DNA from: Candidatus Kapaibacterium sp.
GTDB lineage: Bacteria; Bacteroidota; Ignavibacteria; Kapaibacteriales; Kapaibacteriaceae
DNA: 64,000 bases
NCBI GenBank assembly: GCA_018882895.1
Contig: VERF01000002.1
Span: 10,842 to 74,841, forward strand
Direction: 5' to 3'
In this document: piece by piece, positions 17,555-27,036 of the stretch
Position numbering within the stretch: position 1 is the first letter of the stretch
How the letters are laid out: each line of letters begins with the position of its first letter
Notes under the pieces: generated by a model
Database searches by the model: none
The model's input: the letters and a program-made list of their open reading frames with translations, nothing else
What the model was told of the DNA's origin: nothing
Translations under genes and position numbers: made by a program

Positions 17555-18247
17555 ATGGATCCGACGCTGCGACTTGTGATCATCATCCTGCAGAGCTATC
17601 TCATCGGGTCGATCCCGTTCGCCCTGATCATTGGGAAGAGGTTCTATGGGATCGATCCCCGTACTGTCGGCAGCGGTAATCTCGGCAGTACGAACGTCTT
17701 CAGGCATCTTGGATGGAAGGCCGGAGTAGCAGTCCAGATCCTTGATATTGCCAAGGGCCTTGCACCGGTCTTATTGGTAGCGGTCTTCTTTGATACTCGC
17801 ATGCCGTTTGAGAATCACACCCCGTTTGAGGATTCGACTGTCGTGCGCTTGATTGCCGGTGTGACGGCCGTGGTGGGGCACATGTTCAGCGTATTTGCAG
17901 GCTTCCGCGGTGGCAAGGGCATAAACACATCAGTCGGCATGCTCATTGCCGTAGCACCGGTTGAGCTTGCCATTGCCGCGGGTGTTTTCCTCGTCTTCAT
18001 CGGTTTGTTCGGCTACGTCTCACTTGGCTCCATGGTAGCAGCCGTGGTGATCCCCATCACCATGTTCATCCGTCGAAACGTTCTGAACGTGTCCATTGAT
18101 GGGTACCTGACGCTGATCTATTTCCTGATTGCGCTGGCCCTGCTGGTCCTCTACGCGCATCGCTCGAATCTGCGCCGCCTTTTGGAAGGCACGGAGCATC
18201 GCTTCCCGAAGCTGATGTTCTTCCGTCGTAAGCATCGGCACATATGA
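17555..18247 (+). CDS. plsY: Glycerol-3-phosphate acyltransferase PlsY
   Basis: GSGNLGSTNVFR motif and a multi-pass membrane profile. GAGGAG upstream of the ATG. Confidence 0.9.
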   Translation: MDPTLRLVIIILQSYLIGSIPFALIIGKRFYGIDPRTVGSGNLGSTNVFRHLGWKAGVAVQILDIAKGLAPVLLVAVFFDTRMPFENHTPFEDSTVVRLIAGVTAVVGHMFSVFAGFRGGKGINTSVGMLIAVAPVELAIAAGVFLVFIGLFGYVSLGSMVAAVVIPITMFIRRNVLNVSIDGYLTLIYFLIALALLVLYAHRSNLRRLLEGTEHRFPKLMFFRRKHRHI

Positions 18248-19221
18248 CCGTCGGCATTCTCGGGTCGGGTGCTTGGGGCACGGCGATCGCGTATATCGCT
18301 GCGCAAAATCAGGCTTCCGTTACGATGTGGGCTCGCGAGTCCGAGGTTGTTGATGAGATCAACTCGCAGCGCAGCAACGAGAGATTCCTCTCTGGTGTTG
18401 TGTTGCCTGAGTCTGTCCGCGCCACGTCTGAGGTTCTTGAACTTGCCGGTTGTGACGTGCTCGTCAATGCAACACCCACGCAGTACGTCCGATCAACGTT
18501 TCGTGATGATGTAGCTAAGGGTGCCATCGTGGTGAACCTTGCCAAGGGTATCGAGCGCGGTACTCATCTGCGGGTATCGGAGGTCATTGCACACACTGCC
18601 CCCTCGGCGAGCTCCTTCGTTGTCCTCTCGGGTCCGAGTCATGCCGAAGAGGTCGTGCGCAACATGCCAACCACGGTGGTTTGTGCCGGTCGGGATCGGC
18701 AGTCCGTATCGATCGTGCAGAAGCTGCTCATGACGCCGACCTTCCGGGTATATGCCAGCGATGACGTGGTGGGCGTTGAGATCGGTGGAGCACTGAAGAA
18801 TGTTATCGCCATTGCCGCCGGCATCGTCGACGGACTGGGAATGGGCGACAATACGAAGGCGGCTCTCATCACGCGTGGACTGGCCGAGATATCCCGTCTG
18901 GGCGTTGCCCTTGGGGCCGATCCCCAGACACTGTATGGGTTGGCCGGTCTGGGTGACCTGTTTGTGACGTGTACATCGAGGCACTCTCGCAACCGAGCCG
19001 TTGGCGAGCGCATCGGTCGCGGTGAAACGCTCGATCAGATTCTCGGCTCCATGTCGGCGGTGGCCGAAGGAGTCCCAACGACGCAGGCCGCGTTGGAGTT
19101 GGCCGCAGATGTGGGCGTCGAGTTGCCGATCACTGAGCGCGTGTCTGCCATTCTCTGGCAGGGGGCCGATCCTGAAGAAGCTGTGCGCAAGCTAATGATG
19201 CGCCCTGCACGCGACGAGTAG
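18244..19221 (+). CDS. gpsA: NAD(P)H-dependent glycerol-3-phosphate dehydrogenase
   Basis: GSGAWGTA Rossmann motif and the GALKNVIAIAAGI motif. ATGA overlap with plsY. Confidence 0.92.
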   Translation: MTVGILGSGAWGTAIAYIAAQNQASVTMWARESEVVDEINSQRSNERFLSGVVLPESVRATSEVLELAGCDVLVNATPTQYVRSTFRDDVAKGAIVVNLAKGIERGTHLRVSEVIAHTAPSASSFVVLSGPSHAEEVVRNMPTTVVCAGRDRQSVSIVQKLLMTPTFRVYASDDVVGVEIGGALKNVIAIAAGIVDGLGMGDNTKAALITRGLAEISRLGVALGADPQTLYGLAGLGDLFVTCTSRHSRNRAVGERIGRGETLDQILGSMSAVAEGVPTTQAALELAADVGVELPITERVSAILWQGADPEEAVRKLMMRPARDE

Positions 19222-19257
19222 AGAGCTGCGCGACCTACTGATTGCAACGTGGCTTGG

Positions 19258-19482
19258 TCAAGCGTTTGCGTCGACGTCCGGCTCGCCGCTGAGCTTGCGA
19301 ACCTTGAGCTCTGCCTCATCAAGGTAGGCGCGACATCCGGCCACGAGCGTCATACCTTCTTCGAAGAGCCGCAGCTGCTCATCGATCGGAGCATCACCCC
19401 TATCGAGAGCCATGGCGATCTCCTCAAGGCGCTTGAGCTGATCCTCAAGGCGCGGTTGCGCTTCAGTCTTTTTCGCTGGCAT
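19258..19482 (-). CDS. xseB: Exodeoxyribonuclease VII small subunit
   Basis: 74 aa from the ATG at 19482 (MPAKKTEAQPRLEDQLKRLEEIAMALDRGDAPIDEQLRLFEEG...). Lies directly after xseA. The tracked ORF 19258..19683 is over-extended. Confidence 0.85.
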   Translation of the reverse strand: MPAKKTEAQPRLEDQLKRLEEIAMALDRGDAPIDEQLRLFEEGMTLVAGCRAYLDEAELKVRKLSGEPDVDANA

Positions 19483-20695
19483 TTCTATTCCCTTCAGAAG
19501 ATTCGGTAGGTCGTACGGTCTCAACGACCGCGCTGATGACGTCTGCCTGACGACGGATCGCAATGCGGTCTCCGGCTGCGATGGATTCCGATGCGTTGAT
19601 GACCTGCCCGTCGCGTTCGATGACGGCGTAGCCTCGCTGCAGTGGCGCCAGTGGATGCAGGCTTGCCAATAGAGCGGCGACATGATCAGTGCGAGTGCGC
19701 TCGCGCGTGATCCTGGCGGAAGCCGAACGCGTCATGCGCGTCAGCAGGTCGTCTACGCGCTGAGACCGCATCATTATGCGCTCTGTGACGCGGCGAGCCG
19801 CCCGTCCATCAATGAATCCGACGGCAAGCATCTGGAGGTCCGCAATATTGCGTTGCAGGTCACCGACCATCCGACGTCTCACCAGTTCAATGCCCATGAG
19901 CAGGTCTTGCCGGGTAACGGGTGTGACCAGCTCGGCCGCGGCGGTGGGCGTTGCCGCCCGCACGTCTGCTACGAAGTCCGAGATCGTCACATCGGTCTCA
20001 TGTCCGACGGCTGAGATGACCGGAATTGCACTCGAGCGAATGGCGTCGGCCACGATTTGCGTGTTGAAGCACCAGAGATCTTCGAGGGAGCCACCGCCGC
20101 GACCGACAATGATCACGTCTACGTCCGCACGGTTGAGTTCCTCGATGGCCCGGGCAATATCTCGCGAGGCCTGCTCGCCCCCTTGCACGATTGCCGGCCG
20201 AAAGACCACCTCAAGGGCAGGGAAGCGACGCTCGATGGTCGTGATCATGTCACGGATCACCGCGCCTGTTGCTGACGTCGCGATGCCAACACTCCGGATC
20301 ACCTTTGGCAGGGGGCGCTTGCGGGCAACGTCGAAGTACCCAAGAGCACCCAGCCGCTGTTTGAGTTCCTCGAAAGCCCGGTGAAGATCGCCCACGCCTT
20401 CCGGACGCATCGAGACGCAGTCGATCTGATACTTCCCCTGGATGGGGTAGACGCTCAAGCGCCCGCGTACGATCACTCGCATGCCATCCTGTGGCGTAAA
20501 GTTCAGCGATCGTGTCCTCCACATGACCCCGGCAATGGAAGCCTCGGCATCCTTCAGCGTGAAGTACCGATGACCGGAACTGTGGGGTTTGTAGTTTGAG
20601 ATCTCGCCAACGACGAGTACGTCGCCGATCCCCGATTCGAGGAGGCGCTTGATCTCACCCGTAAGAAGCGATACGCTGATTGCCTGTTCGGTCAT
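19463..20695 (-). CDS. xseA: Exodeoxyribonuclease VII large subunit
   Basis: Start moved to the ATG at 20695 (MTEQAISVSLLTGEIKRLLE). OB-fold N-terminus and catalytic core (VIIVGRGGGSLEDLWCFN). Confidence 0.9.
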   Translation of the reverse strand: MTEQAISVSLLTGEIKRLLESGIGDVLVVGEISNYKPHSSGHRYFTLKDAEASIAGVMWRTRSLNFTPQDGMRVIVRGRLSVYPIQGKYQIDCVSMRPEGVGDLHRAFEELKQRLGALGYFDVARKRPLPKVIRSVGIATSATGAVIRDMITTIERRFPALEVVFRPAIVQGGEQASRDIARAIEELNRADVDVIIVGRGGGSLEDLWCFNTQIVADAIRSSAIPVISAVGHETDVTISDFVADVRAATPTAAAELVTPVTRQDLLMGIELVRRRMVGDLQRNIADLQMLAVGFIDGRAARRVTERIMMRSQRVDDLLTRMTRSASARITRERTRTDHVAALLASLHPLAPLQRGYAVIERDGQVINASESIAAGDRIAIRRQADVISAVVETVRPTESSEGNRNASEKD

Positions 20696-20739
20696 ACCGA
20701 ACAAAGATCGACATTCCACACACACCGTAGATTTGCACC

Positions 20740-21210
20740 ATGGTAGGATTCGGATTCGACGTGCACCGGCTCGAAGAGGGTCGCCGGCTTGTTCTTGGCG
20801 GGGTAGAGATCCCGTCTCCTCACGGAACCGTTGCTCACAGCGACGGGGACGTTGTGCTGCATGCCTTGGTCGATGCGCTTCTTGGAGCGCTGGCATTGGG
20901 AGACATCGGAGAACACTTCCCGGATACCGATCCACGGTGGAAGGATGCTGCCAGCCGACGCTTTGTCGAACATGCCGTGGCCCTGGTGCATGAGCGAGGA
21001 TGCGGAATTGTCAACATCGATTGTACCCTCGTGCTCGAGTCACCAAAGATCCTTCCCTACAAGCAGGCCATGCGAGAGGCGATCGCTGAGATGTGTGGCA
21101 TCGGACTTGACCGGGTGTCGGTGAAGGCAACCACGAGCGAACGCATGGGCTATGTCGGACGCCGTGAGGGCGTCCATGCCTTCGTTATTTGCGAAGTCCG
21201 GGAGGCATGA
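20740..21210 (+). CDS. ispF: 2-C-methyl-D-erythritol 2,4-cyclodiphosphate synthase
   Basis: GFGFDVHRL ... HSDGDVVLHAL ... GDIGEHFPDTDP motifs. Confidence 0.93.
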   Translation: MVGFGFDVHRLEEGRRLVLGGVEIPSPHGTVAHSDGDVVLHALVDALLGALALGDIGEHFPDTDPRWKDAASRRFVEHAVALVHERGCGIVNIDCTLVLESPKILPYKQAMREAIAEMCGIGLDRVSVKATTSERMGYVGRREGVHAFVICEVREA

Positions 21211-23498
21211 GGTCACTCCCGCTGTTGGCCCTGCTCGTCCTGCAATCGTGGGTATTGTGGGCCGATGCCGGTGAGCCCCTTGGCCTTTCCGTGGCTGGCA
21301 CGTGGAAGGGCCGCATCGTTGAATCACATCGTGACACTGCGGCACGGCTGATCATCTACCCACGCACGGCATGGGATGCCGCCTCGCCGACGTTTGCTGT
21401 CTTCGATGTCAATAGCAGTAGATATGTCGACAAGGCCTCTGCGCTGAACGTGCTGGATGCCGCGTTCTTCAACGGCGGCATTCTGATGGCACATCGCCAA
21501 GGCTCGAACGTCCATTTGCGCATGGTCACAAGGGACGCTGGCGCAACCGTCGTTGATGATGTTATGCTTGCCGAGGTTCCGGTAGGGGCCGACAGTTTGA
21601 CGGTTCGCCTGCTAGTGAATCATGATGAGACGTCGGCATTGGTGCTGGCCGGCCAGATGCTCTACGCAGTGAAAGGCTCGCAGAGCAGTTCGGCTTCGGG
21701 ATACAGCATTCGCCTACTCGAGCAGCGTGTGTTTGCCGCTGTGCCTGTGCGATCCGCCTCGGGCTCAGGTGCCGTGTTTGCCTTTCGAAGTGGCCCCTCG
21801 GCGTTTCTTGCGCTGACCGATTCGACATTGCGTATCATCTGGTCGATGCTCATACCGCTTTCCGATGTCGAGCGCATCGAGCAGGTCGGCTCGTCGGTCC
21901 TGCTCGTTTCATCACTGGAGGGGGCAGGGGGCTCGGTGGTCACCGTATTGGATCTGGCCACGAGGAACGCCACCACGAGGTCGCTACCGGTAGAAGCATC
22001 GCGGGTTACCGCACTGGAGATCGACGGTGTGCTGTCCCTGGCCTTCGTGACTACCCGATCGGGCAGGGCCGAAGTTGTGTGCGTTCCGCTCTCGATGAGC
22101 TTCGAGGGACTTCCAGCCGGTGTCATCATCCCCGGCGACTATGGCTCACCACGCTTGGTAAGGTCTTTCGGTGATACTGTGGTGATCGTCTTCTCGGCCG
22201 GTTTGTCCATGGTGACAGGGGGCGGAGACATCCTCGCCCGTGAGGCAATCCAGATACCTCTTGGGGGCGAAGCTGACATCACTCGCAGCGGCAGTGGTCT
22301 GCTGGTGAGCTCGTCGACGCAATCGACACTTGTGCGACAACGTGCACAGCGACTCTGGTTCGTTGCTCGATCATGGGAGTGGCTGCTTCGGTACGTGATT
22401 CCGCTGCTGTTCATCACGACGCTTGGAGTGCTGTATCTGGTCTATCGACGTCAACGACGATTCCTCGAGGCGATGATCGATGCGCCTGGCGCCGGCGTCG
22501 TGCTCTTTGTCGACGTCAACGGTCGACTGCTTCGGGCCAATGAACGGGGCTCGGCACTACTTCGTATCACCTCGGACGTTCCGATGGGGCGCATGTACAC
22601 AACGTATATGAACCGCGCTGATCTGGCAAACCTTGCCGGATTCATCGAACGTGTGCGACACTCGCGGGAGTCGCACTCGGAGAAGATCAGTCTCAGTGTC
22701 GATGACGAGTTGCGTGAGTTGATCGTCACGTCGACCCCGATCGTGGGAACCCTCGGCTCAGCGCGCGGAATGCTCTTTACCGGAGTCGACATCACCGAAA
22801 CGCTTGAACAGCGACGTCTGGTCAACTGGGCGCAGCTGGCCCATGACATGCAGACCAACTTGTCGACCATCCGACTCAACGCCGAACAGATTCACGGTAA
22901 CACCGAAGGCGGTGACGATGAACGACGTCGACGCATTCTGTTCCAGGTCGGTGTGCTCATCGACAGGGTCCGCGATCTGCTCGGTGTGGCCAGGTCTGAT
23001 GTCTTTCAGCGCTCGATGGTTCACAGTGCGGAACTCTGCACCGAGGTTCGGCATGAATTCGATTCTACCATGTTCCCACATGTGACGTTCTCAATGAAGC
23101 TCCGCGGTACGCTGATGATGGCCGACCGTCTGAAGCTCTCGCGTGCGGTCCGTAACGCCGTTGAGAATGCCATCAAGGCGCTGCGCAATCAGCCGGGAAC
23201 CGTGGAGATCTCTACGTGGTTCGATCGCACCAACGTCTTCATCTCCGTCAGCGATACAGGTGTAGGAATGGATCCTGAAACGATGGCTAATATGATGAAA
23301 CCCTACTTCAGCTCGTCGGCCGACGGCACCGGACATGGCATCGGAACAATGATCATGCATCATGTGACGAAACTGCATGGAGGCCGCATCCGCGTCACAA
23401 GCGAGCGAGGCAAGGGCACACAGGTGGTCTTTCGCATCCCTCATGGCATGGAGCCGAAGGATAAGATCCGAGCATCAACTGCGGAGCGAGCAGCGTGA
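21207..23498 (+). CDS. Sensor histidine kinase with a large uncharacterised periplasmic domain
   Basis: Signal/TM segment, an extracytoplasmic region of about 380 aa, a second TM segment (YVIPLLFITTLGVLYLVY), a PAS-like segment, the H-box LAHDMQTNLSTI, the N-box RNAVENAIKA, and the G-boxes SDTGVGMD and GTGHGIG. The ATG at 21207 overlaps the ispF stop. Confidence 0.85.
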   Translation: MRSLPLLALLVLQSWVLWADAGEPLGLSVAGTWKGRIVESHRDTAARLIIYPRTAWDAASPTFAVFDVNSSRYVDKASALNVLDAAFFNGGILMAHRQGSNVHLRMVTRDAGATVVDDVMLAEVPVGADSLTVRLLVNHDETSALVLAGQMLYAVKGSQSSSASGYSIRLLEQRVFAAVPVRSASGSGAVFAFRSGPSAFLALTDSTLRIIWSMLIPLSDVERIEQVGSSVLLVSSLEGAGGSVVTVLDLATRNATTRSLPVEASRVTALEIDGVLSLAFVTTRSGRAEVVCVPLSMSFEGLPAGVIIPGDYGSPRLVRSFGDTVVIVFSAGLSMVTGGGDILAREAIQIPLGGEADITRSGSGLLVSSSTQSTLVRQRAQRLWFVARSWEWLLRYVIPLLFITTLGVLYLVYRRQRRFLEAMIDAPGAGVVLFVDVNGRLLRANERGSALLRITSDVPMGRMYTTYMNRADLANLAGFIERVRHSRESHSEKISLSVDDELRELIVTSTPIVGTLGSARGMLFTGVDITETLEQRRLVNWAQLAHDMQTNLSTIRLNAEQIHGNTEGGDDERRRRILFQVGVLIDRVRDLLGVARSDVFQRSMVHSAELCTEVRHEFDSTMFPHVTFSMKLRGTLMMADRLKLSRAVRNAVENAIKALRNQPGTVEISTWFDRTNVFISVSDTGVGMDPETMANMMKPYFSSSADGTGHGIGTMIMHHVTKLHGGRIRVTSERGKGTQVVFRIPHGMEPKDKIRASTAERAA

Positions 23499-23962
23499 CG
23501 CAACAAGAGCTGGCGTCTCTGCGTGGATGCAGATTGATGGCGCTTGACTACGGTCAGCGTCGCATCGGCGTTGCCGTATGTGATGAGATGCATATCATCG
23601 TCTCGACACGTCCGGTCATCAACAACACGCCCGCCGTTATCGACGAGGTCCGGTCCCTTCTTGAACGCGAGCGCACACAGGTTCTGCTGGTGGGCGTTCC
23701 GCGTCTGCACGATGAGCGAAGCACGCCGATCATCCAAGAGATCGAACAGTTTATCGTCAACGTGCGAGCCGCCCTGGCGATTCCGGTGTTTGAGATCGAC
23801 GAGGCGTTTTCCACAAAGGAGGCACGTCAGATCATGCTGCGATCAGGAATGAGGCAGAAGAAACGTCAAGCAAAGGGCGTCAAGGATCAGGTCGCCGCAG
23901 CCGTCATGCTCGAATCGGTGCTCGAAGAAGTACGCTCACTCAGGCCCGAGGAACGGCCATGA
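23495..23962 (+). CDS. ruvX: Holliday-junction-resolvase-like nuclease RuvX/YqgF
   Basis: LMALDYGQRRIGVAVCDE N-terminal motif. The start is either the GTG at 23495 or the ATG at 23537. Confidence 0.85.
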   Translation: MTQQELASLRGCRLMALDYGQRRIGVAVCDEMHIIVSTRPVINNTPAVIDEVRSLLERERTQVLLVGVPRLHDERSTPIIQEIEQFIVNVRAALAIPVFEIDEAFSTKEARQIMLRSGMRQKKRQAKGVKDQVAAAVMLESVLEEVRSLRPEERP

Positions 23963-25329
23963 TGACATGTCGGACAACCCTGCTGGTGCTCGCAACGCTG
24001 TTCGTTGGTGTGGCTAGCCCCCTTACAGCTCAGCGGGCAAATCGTGTGCAGCGCGCAACCGTTGGTGAGTATGGCGACAAGCTATACGCCGACGCGATGA
24101 TGCTTCCCCGGGCAGGAATTGATTCGGCGGACATTTTCGTGAGTTTCCGCGTGGCTCATGATGCGCTCACGTTCACCCGCGTCACTGATCAGAACAACAG
24201 CAAGGGCAATTTTTCTGCCGAGTTCACTCTCAGCGTCGAGGTTCGAGACTCCATTGGAGTGATTCGCTCCCGCGTGCGATTCAAGGACACGGCATACGTC
24301 AACTCCTATGACGCTTCGATTGACCGTAGCGCAATGCATCATGGGAGCTGTCGCATTGGGATTGCGCCCGGCACCTATCGCGTCGTGCTCGAAACATTGG
24401 GTCAACGAGAGACCACAAAGCGAACAGTGACGCTCTCACAGCTGTCGTTTCTTCCTGCATCCAAGGGGCTTATGATTCCCGGATACATCGGCACAGAGCG
24501 GCGTGACGGTGAGACGTGGATGGTCGAATCACTGGTGTTCAACAGGAACGTGCCGTTTGGTGCCAAGCCATGCGTGGCCATGTTCATTGTTTCGGATACG
24601 TCAACGACGGCGTATGACTATGCCATCCATCAGTTGCCGTATGGTCCGAAGGACATCCGCTGGTGGGTCGATGCCGACTATACGGGCACCGTACGGTCGC
24701 GCTCGGACATCGCTCTTGAGGGACGATTCGAGTCCGACCGTGCTGCGCGCGCACTGCTCAAGACACGTCAGACCAGCCGATATGCCACGGTCATCGTGCC
24801 GATCGATGTGCCTCAGCTGGTACCCGGCAGTTACATTGTGCGACTGGCGAAGAAGGGAAGTAAGGACACCGTTGAGCTTCCGTTTCAGGTGCAGTGGGAG
24901 ACCATGCCACAGTCGCTTCGGACACTCTCCTATGCGCTGGAATCCCTTGTCTACATCTGTCCGGAAGACCAGTTGGACTCGCTAACTGAAGGCTCCGATG
25001 CCGAGAACCGTGAGCGTCTGATGTCGTGGTGGCGCCGCTCAGATCCGACGCCAACGACGGCATTTAATGAACGACTTGCTGAGTACTATACCCGCGTTGA
25101 TCACGCGGCCGTGGCCTTCAGTTCCGTCAATGAGCCCGACGGAACATTCACCGACAGAGGCAAGGTATTTATCCTCTTTGGCCGCCCAACCAAGATCGAT
25201 AAGAAACTTGGCCGAGCTGGGTCCACAACGGAGTTGTGGGTCTATCGCAGTGGAGTTCGCAAGACCTTTGAATTCAGCGTCAACAGCGACGGCATCTACA
25301 AGCTGGTCTCGTCGACCGATACGAAGTAG
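23959..25329 (+). CDS. GWxTD-domain secreted protein
   Basis: Signal peptide. C-terminal region WWRRSDPTPTTAFNERLAEYYTRVDHA...DGTFTDRGKVFILFGRPTKI...ELWVY matches the GWxTD-domain pattern as I remember it, with the W replaced. Confidence 0.65.
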   Translation: MMTCRTTLLVLATLFVGVASPLTAQRANRVQRATVGEYGDKLYADAMMLPRAGIDSADIFVSFRVAHDALTFTRVTDQNNSKGNFSAEFTLSVEVRDSIGVIRSRVRFKDTAYVNSYDASIDRSAMHHGSCRIGIAPGTYRVVLETLGQRETTKRTVTLSQLSFLPASKGLMIPGYIGTERRDGETWMVESLVFNRNVPFGAKPCVAMFIVSDTSTTAYDYAIHQLPYGPKDIRWWVDADYTGTVRSRSDIALEGRFESDRAARALLKTRQTSRYATVIVPIDVPQLVPGSYIVRLAKKGSKDTVELPFQVQWETMPQSLRTLSYALESLVYICPEDQLDSLTEGSDAENRERLMSWWRRSDPTPTTAFNERLAEYYTRVDHAAVAFSSVNEPDGTFTDRGKVFILFGRPTKIDKKLGRAGSTTELWVYRSGVRKTFEFSVNSDGIYKLVSSTDTK

Positions 25330-25336
25330 AGCGCGG

Positions 25337-25759
25337 TCAATCGGCCTCGACGTACGTATCCTTGGGCTCCCATCCTTCTCCCTCGCACGGTGGCTCGGCG
25401 TGCGTCACATGCACATCCATGATAGTGCAGAGCTGATTCGTTGGGTTAAAGTATCTGCATGATCCGCAGAGGGTTCCGACGGTGATCTGCTGAACATTTT
25501 GATGGAACCTCTGGTACTGCAGCCATGCCGGGTAGACTCCGATGCCCCAGATGCTGAGCATTGCGGTCCACCATACAACGTTTGCCTCGGCCACCTGAGC
25601 CAGTGCGATGCAACCAAGTCCGAGGACTGCAACGCGCATCAGCGCAGCCGAAACGATCGAGCCGGTCGTGTAGTAGGGACGATCGTTCACGTCCTCCGGC
25701 TCCTGCATCCGAAGCAGAAAGACATCGATCCATCGGTCATTCGAAGTGCTGTCACTCAC
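25337..25759 (-). CDS. Small membrane protein with a Cys-rich C-terminus, unknown function
   Basis: 140 aa with two hydrophobic helices, then CGSCRYFNPTNQLCTIMDVHVTHAEPPCEGEGW. GTGA overlap with the upstream GT2 gene. Confidence 0.6.
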   Translation of the reverse strand: MSDSTSNDRWIDVFLLRMQEPEDVNDRPYYTTGSIVSAALMRVAVLGLGCIALAQVAEANVVWWTAMLSIWGIGVYPAWLQYQRFHQNVQQITVGTLCGSCRYFNPTNQLCTIMDVHVTHAEPPCEGEGWEPKDTYVEAD

Positions 25760-26976
25760 GGTGTCTCTCCTGTTCGGGCATAACTACGCCCCTTCCATTG
25801 TGATCCGCGCGAAGACAGTGCCCATCGAATGGAATTGAGGCCGATCACCACTGTCCAAAGTGCCGTTACCGGCTGCAGAAATGCATGCCATACAGGCATC
25901 CTGAAGCGTAGGCTGATCATCAATCGAATCAGTGCTGCCGCGGCAAGGGCGTAGATCGAGGCCGCCAGAACATATTCTGCGTTGGGCCATGGCAGAGCCA
26001 TGACAGCCAAGGATGTCGCCACAGGACCCACATAGGTCACAAGCAAGTGTGCGAGGAACAACAACGTCACGGGAAGGTTGTACTGGGTTGCCGGAAACAG
26101 ATTCTTCGAGAAGCCTTCGGTAACCTCGCGTGCATTGGTGTACATGTGACAGGCGACCGCGTCGGTTCCGTCGACCAGAGCGATGCGCAGGCCGGCGGCC
26201 TTGACGGCGCGCGCCAGAAAGACATCTTCGACCAAGGAATTCCAAACTGCTTTGTGACCGCCGATAGCTTCGTAGCCCTGACGCGAGAAGCACATGAACT
26301 GGCCGTTCGCCGCCGAGAGCGACACACGCGGATTGCTCATGATCAGGCTGTTCGGCAGGTAAGAAAAGTACAAGACGTGCACCATCGGGATCACGGCATG
26401 CTCACCGAATGTCGACAGTACCTGGTAGGGCACCATGGAGAACATCGCAAGGCGCTGCTGCCGTAAGAACGCCACCGAGCGCTCCACCGTCGTCGGCTCA
26501 TGCCACGTATCGGCATCGGTGAACAAGAGCACGTCGGCCGAGGTCTGTTGCGACAGCTGATGGCAGGCCCAGGATTTGCCTACCCATCCTTTTGGGAGGG
26601 GGCTTCCCGATATCACGCGCAGATTCGAGTACTCGTCGGCCAGCCGTGACAGGATCTCGGGCGTTGCATCGGAAGAACCGTCATCGAGAACGATGACCTG
26701 CATCTTTTCATACGACTGCGAGCATAGCGAGCGAACACATCTTTCTATGCCGCGCTCCTCGTTGCGAGCCGGGATCAGCACGGCCACAGAAGGAGCCAGG
26801 TCACCGGACGGTGCCGAGGCGGCGCGCGGAAGACGGGCGAATCGGACGAGGTTGAATACGCTAATGCCGAGCAGAAGTGTCATCACCCCAGCATTCAAAA
26901 GGCTCAGGGACTGCAAGGCAGGACTTATCCAAGGCGTTATCGCTGCTGCGAAATCGAGGGCGGACACATCGGGCAT
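25756..26976 (-). CDS. Family-2 glycosyltransferase with a C-terminal multi-pass membrane domain (CrtQ/CruC-like architecture)
   Basis: VAVLIPARNEERGIERCV, VIVLDDGSSDAT and FTDADT (DxD) motifs, with several TM helices at both ends. Confidence 0.8.
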   Translation of the reverse strand: MPDVSALDFAAAITPWISPALQSLSLLNAGVMTLLLGISVFNLVRFARLPRAASAPSGDLAPSVAVLIPARNEERGIERCVRSLCSQSYEKMQVIVLDDGSSDATPEILSRLADEYSNLRVISGSPLPKGWVGKSWACHQLSQQTSADVLLFTDADTWHEPTTVERSVAFLRQQRLAMFSMVPYQVLSTFGEHAVIPMVHVLYFSYLPNSLIMSNPRVSLSAANGQFMCFSRQGYEAIGGHKAVWNSLVEDVFLARAVKAAGLRIALVDGTDAVACHMYTNAREVTEGFSKNLFPATQYNLPVTLLFLAHLLVTYVGPVATSLAVMALPWPNAEYVLAASIYALAAAALIRLMISLRFRMPVWHAFLQPVTALWTVVIGLNSIRWALSSRGSQWKGRSYARTGETP

Positions 26977-26981
26977 TCACC

Positions 26982-27011
26982 AAGCTACGAACCATCGGGA
27001 TTCGGTAGCTT
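26982..27011. promoter_or_regulatory. Imperfect 10-bp-arm inverted repeat in the divergent GT2 / crtC-like promoter region (candidate operator)
   Basis: AAGCTACGAA-ccatcggga-TTCgGTAGCTT read directly. One bulged G. Confidence 0.3.
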
Positions 27012-27036
27012 TGCGCCCTCAAACGCCCCCTTCACC

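Noticed and set aside
17354-17707. 117-aa minus-strand ORF immediately upstream of the clpB fragment, considered as the missing ClpB N-terminus after a possible frameshift.
   Set aside because: Its translation has no ClpB N-domain or NBD1 motif (no Walker A). It is antisense to the well-supported plsY gene, and 117 aa is far too short to supply the roughly 430 missing residues.
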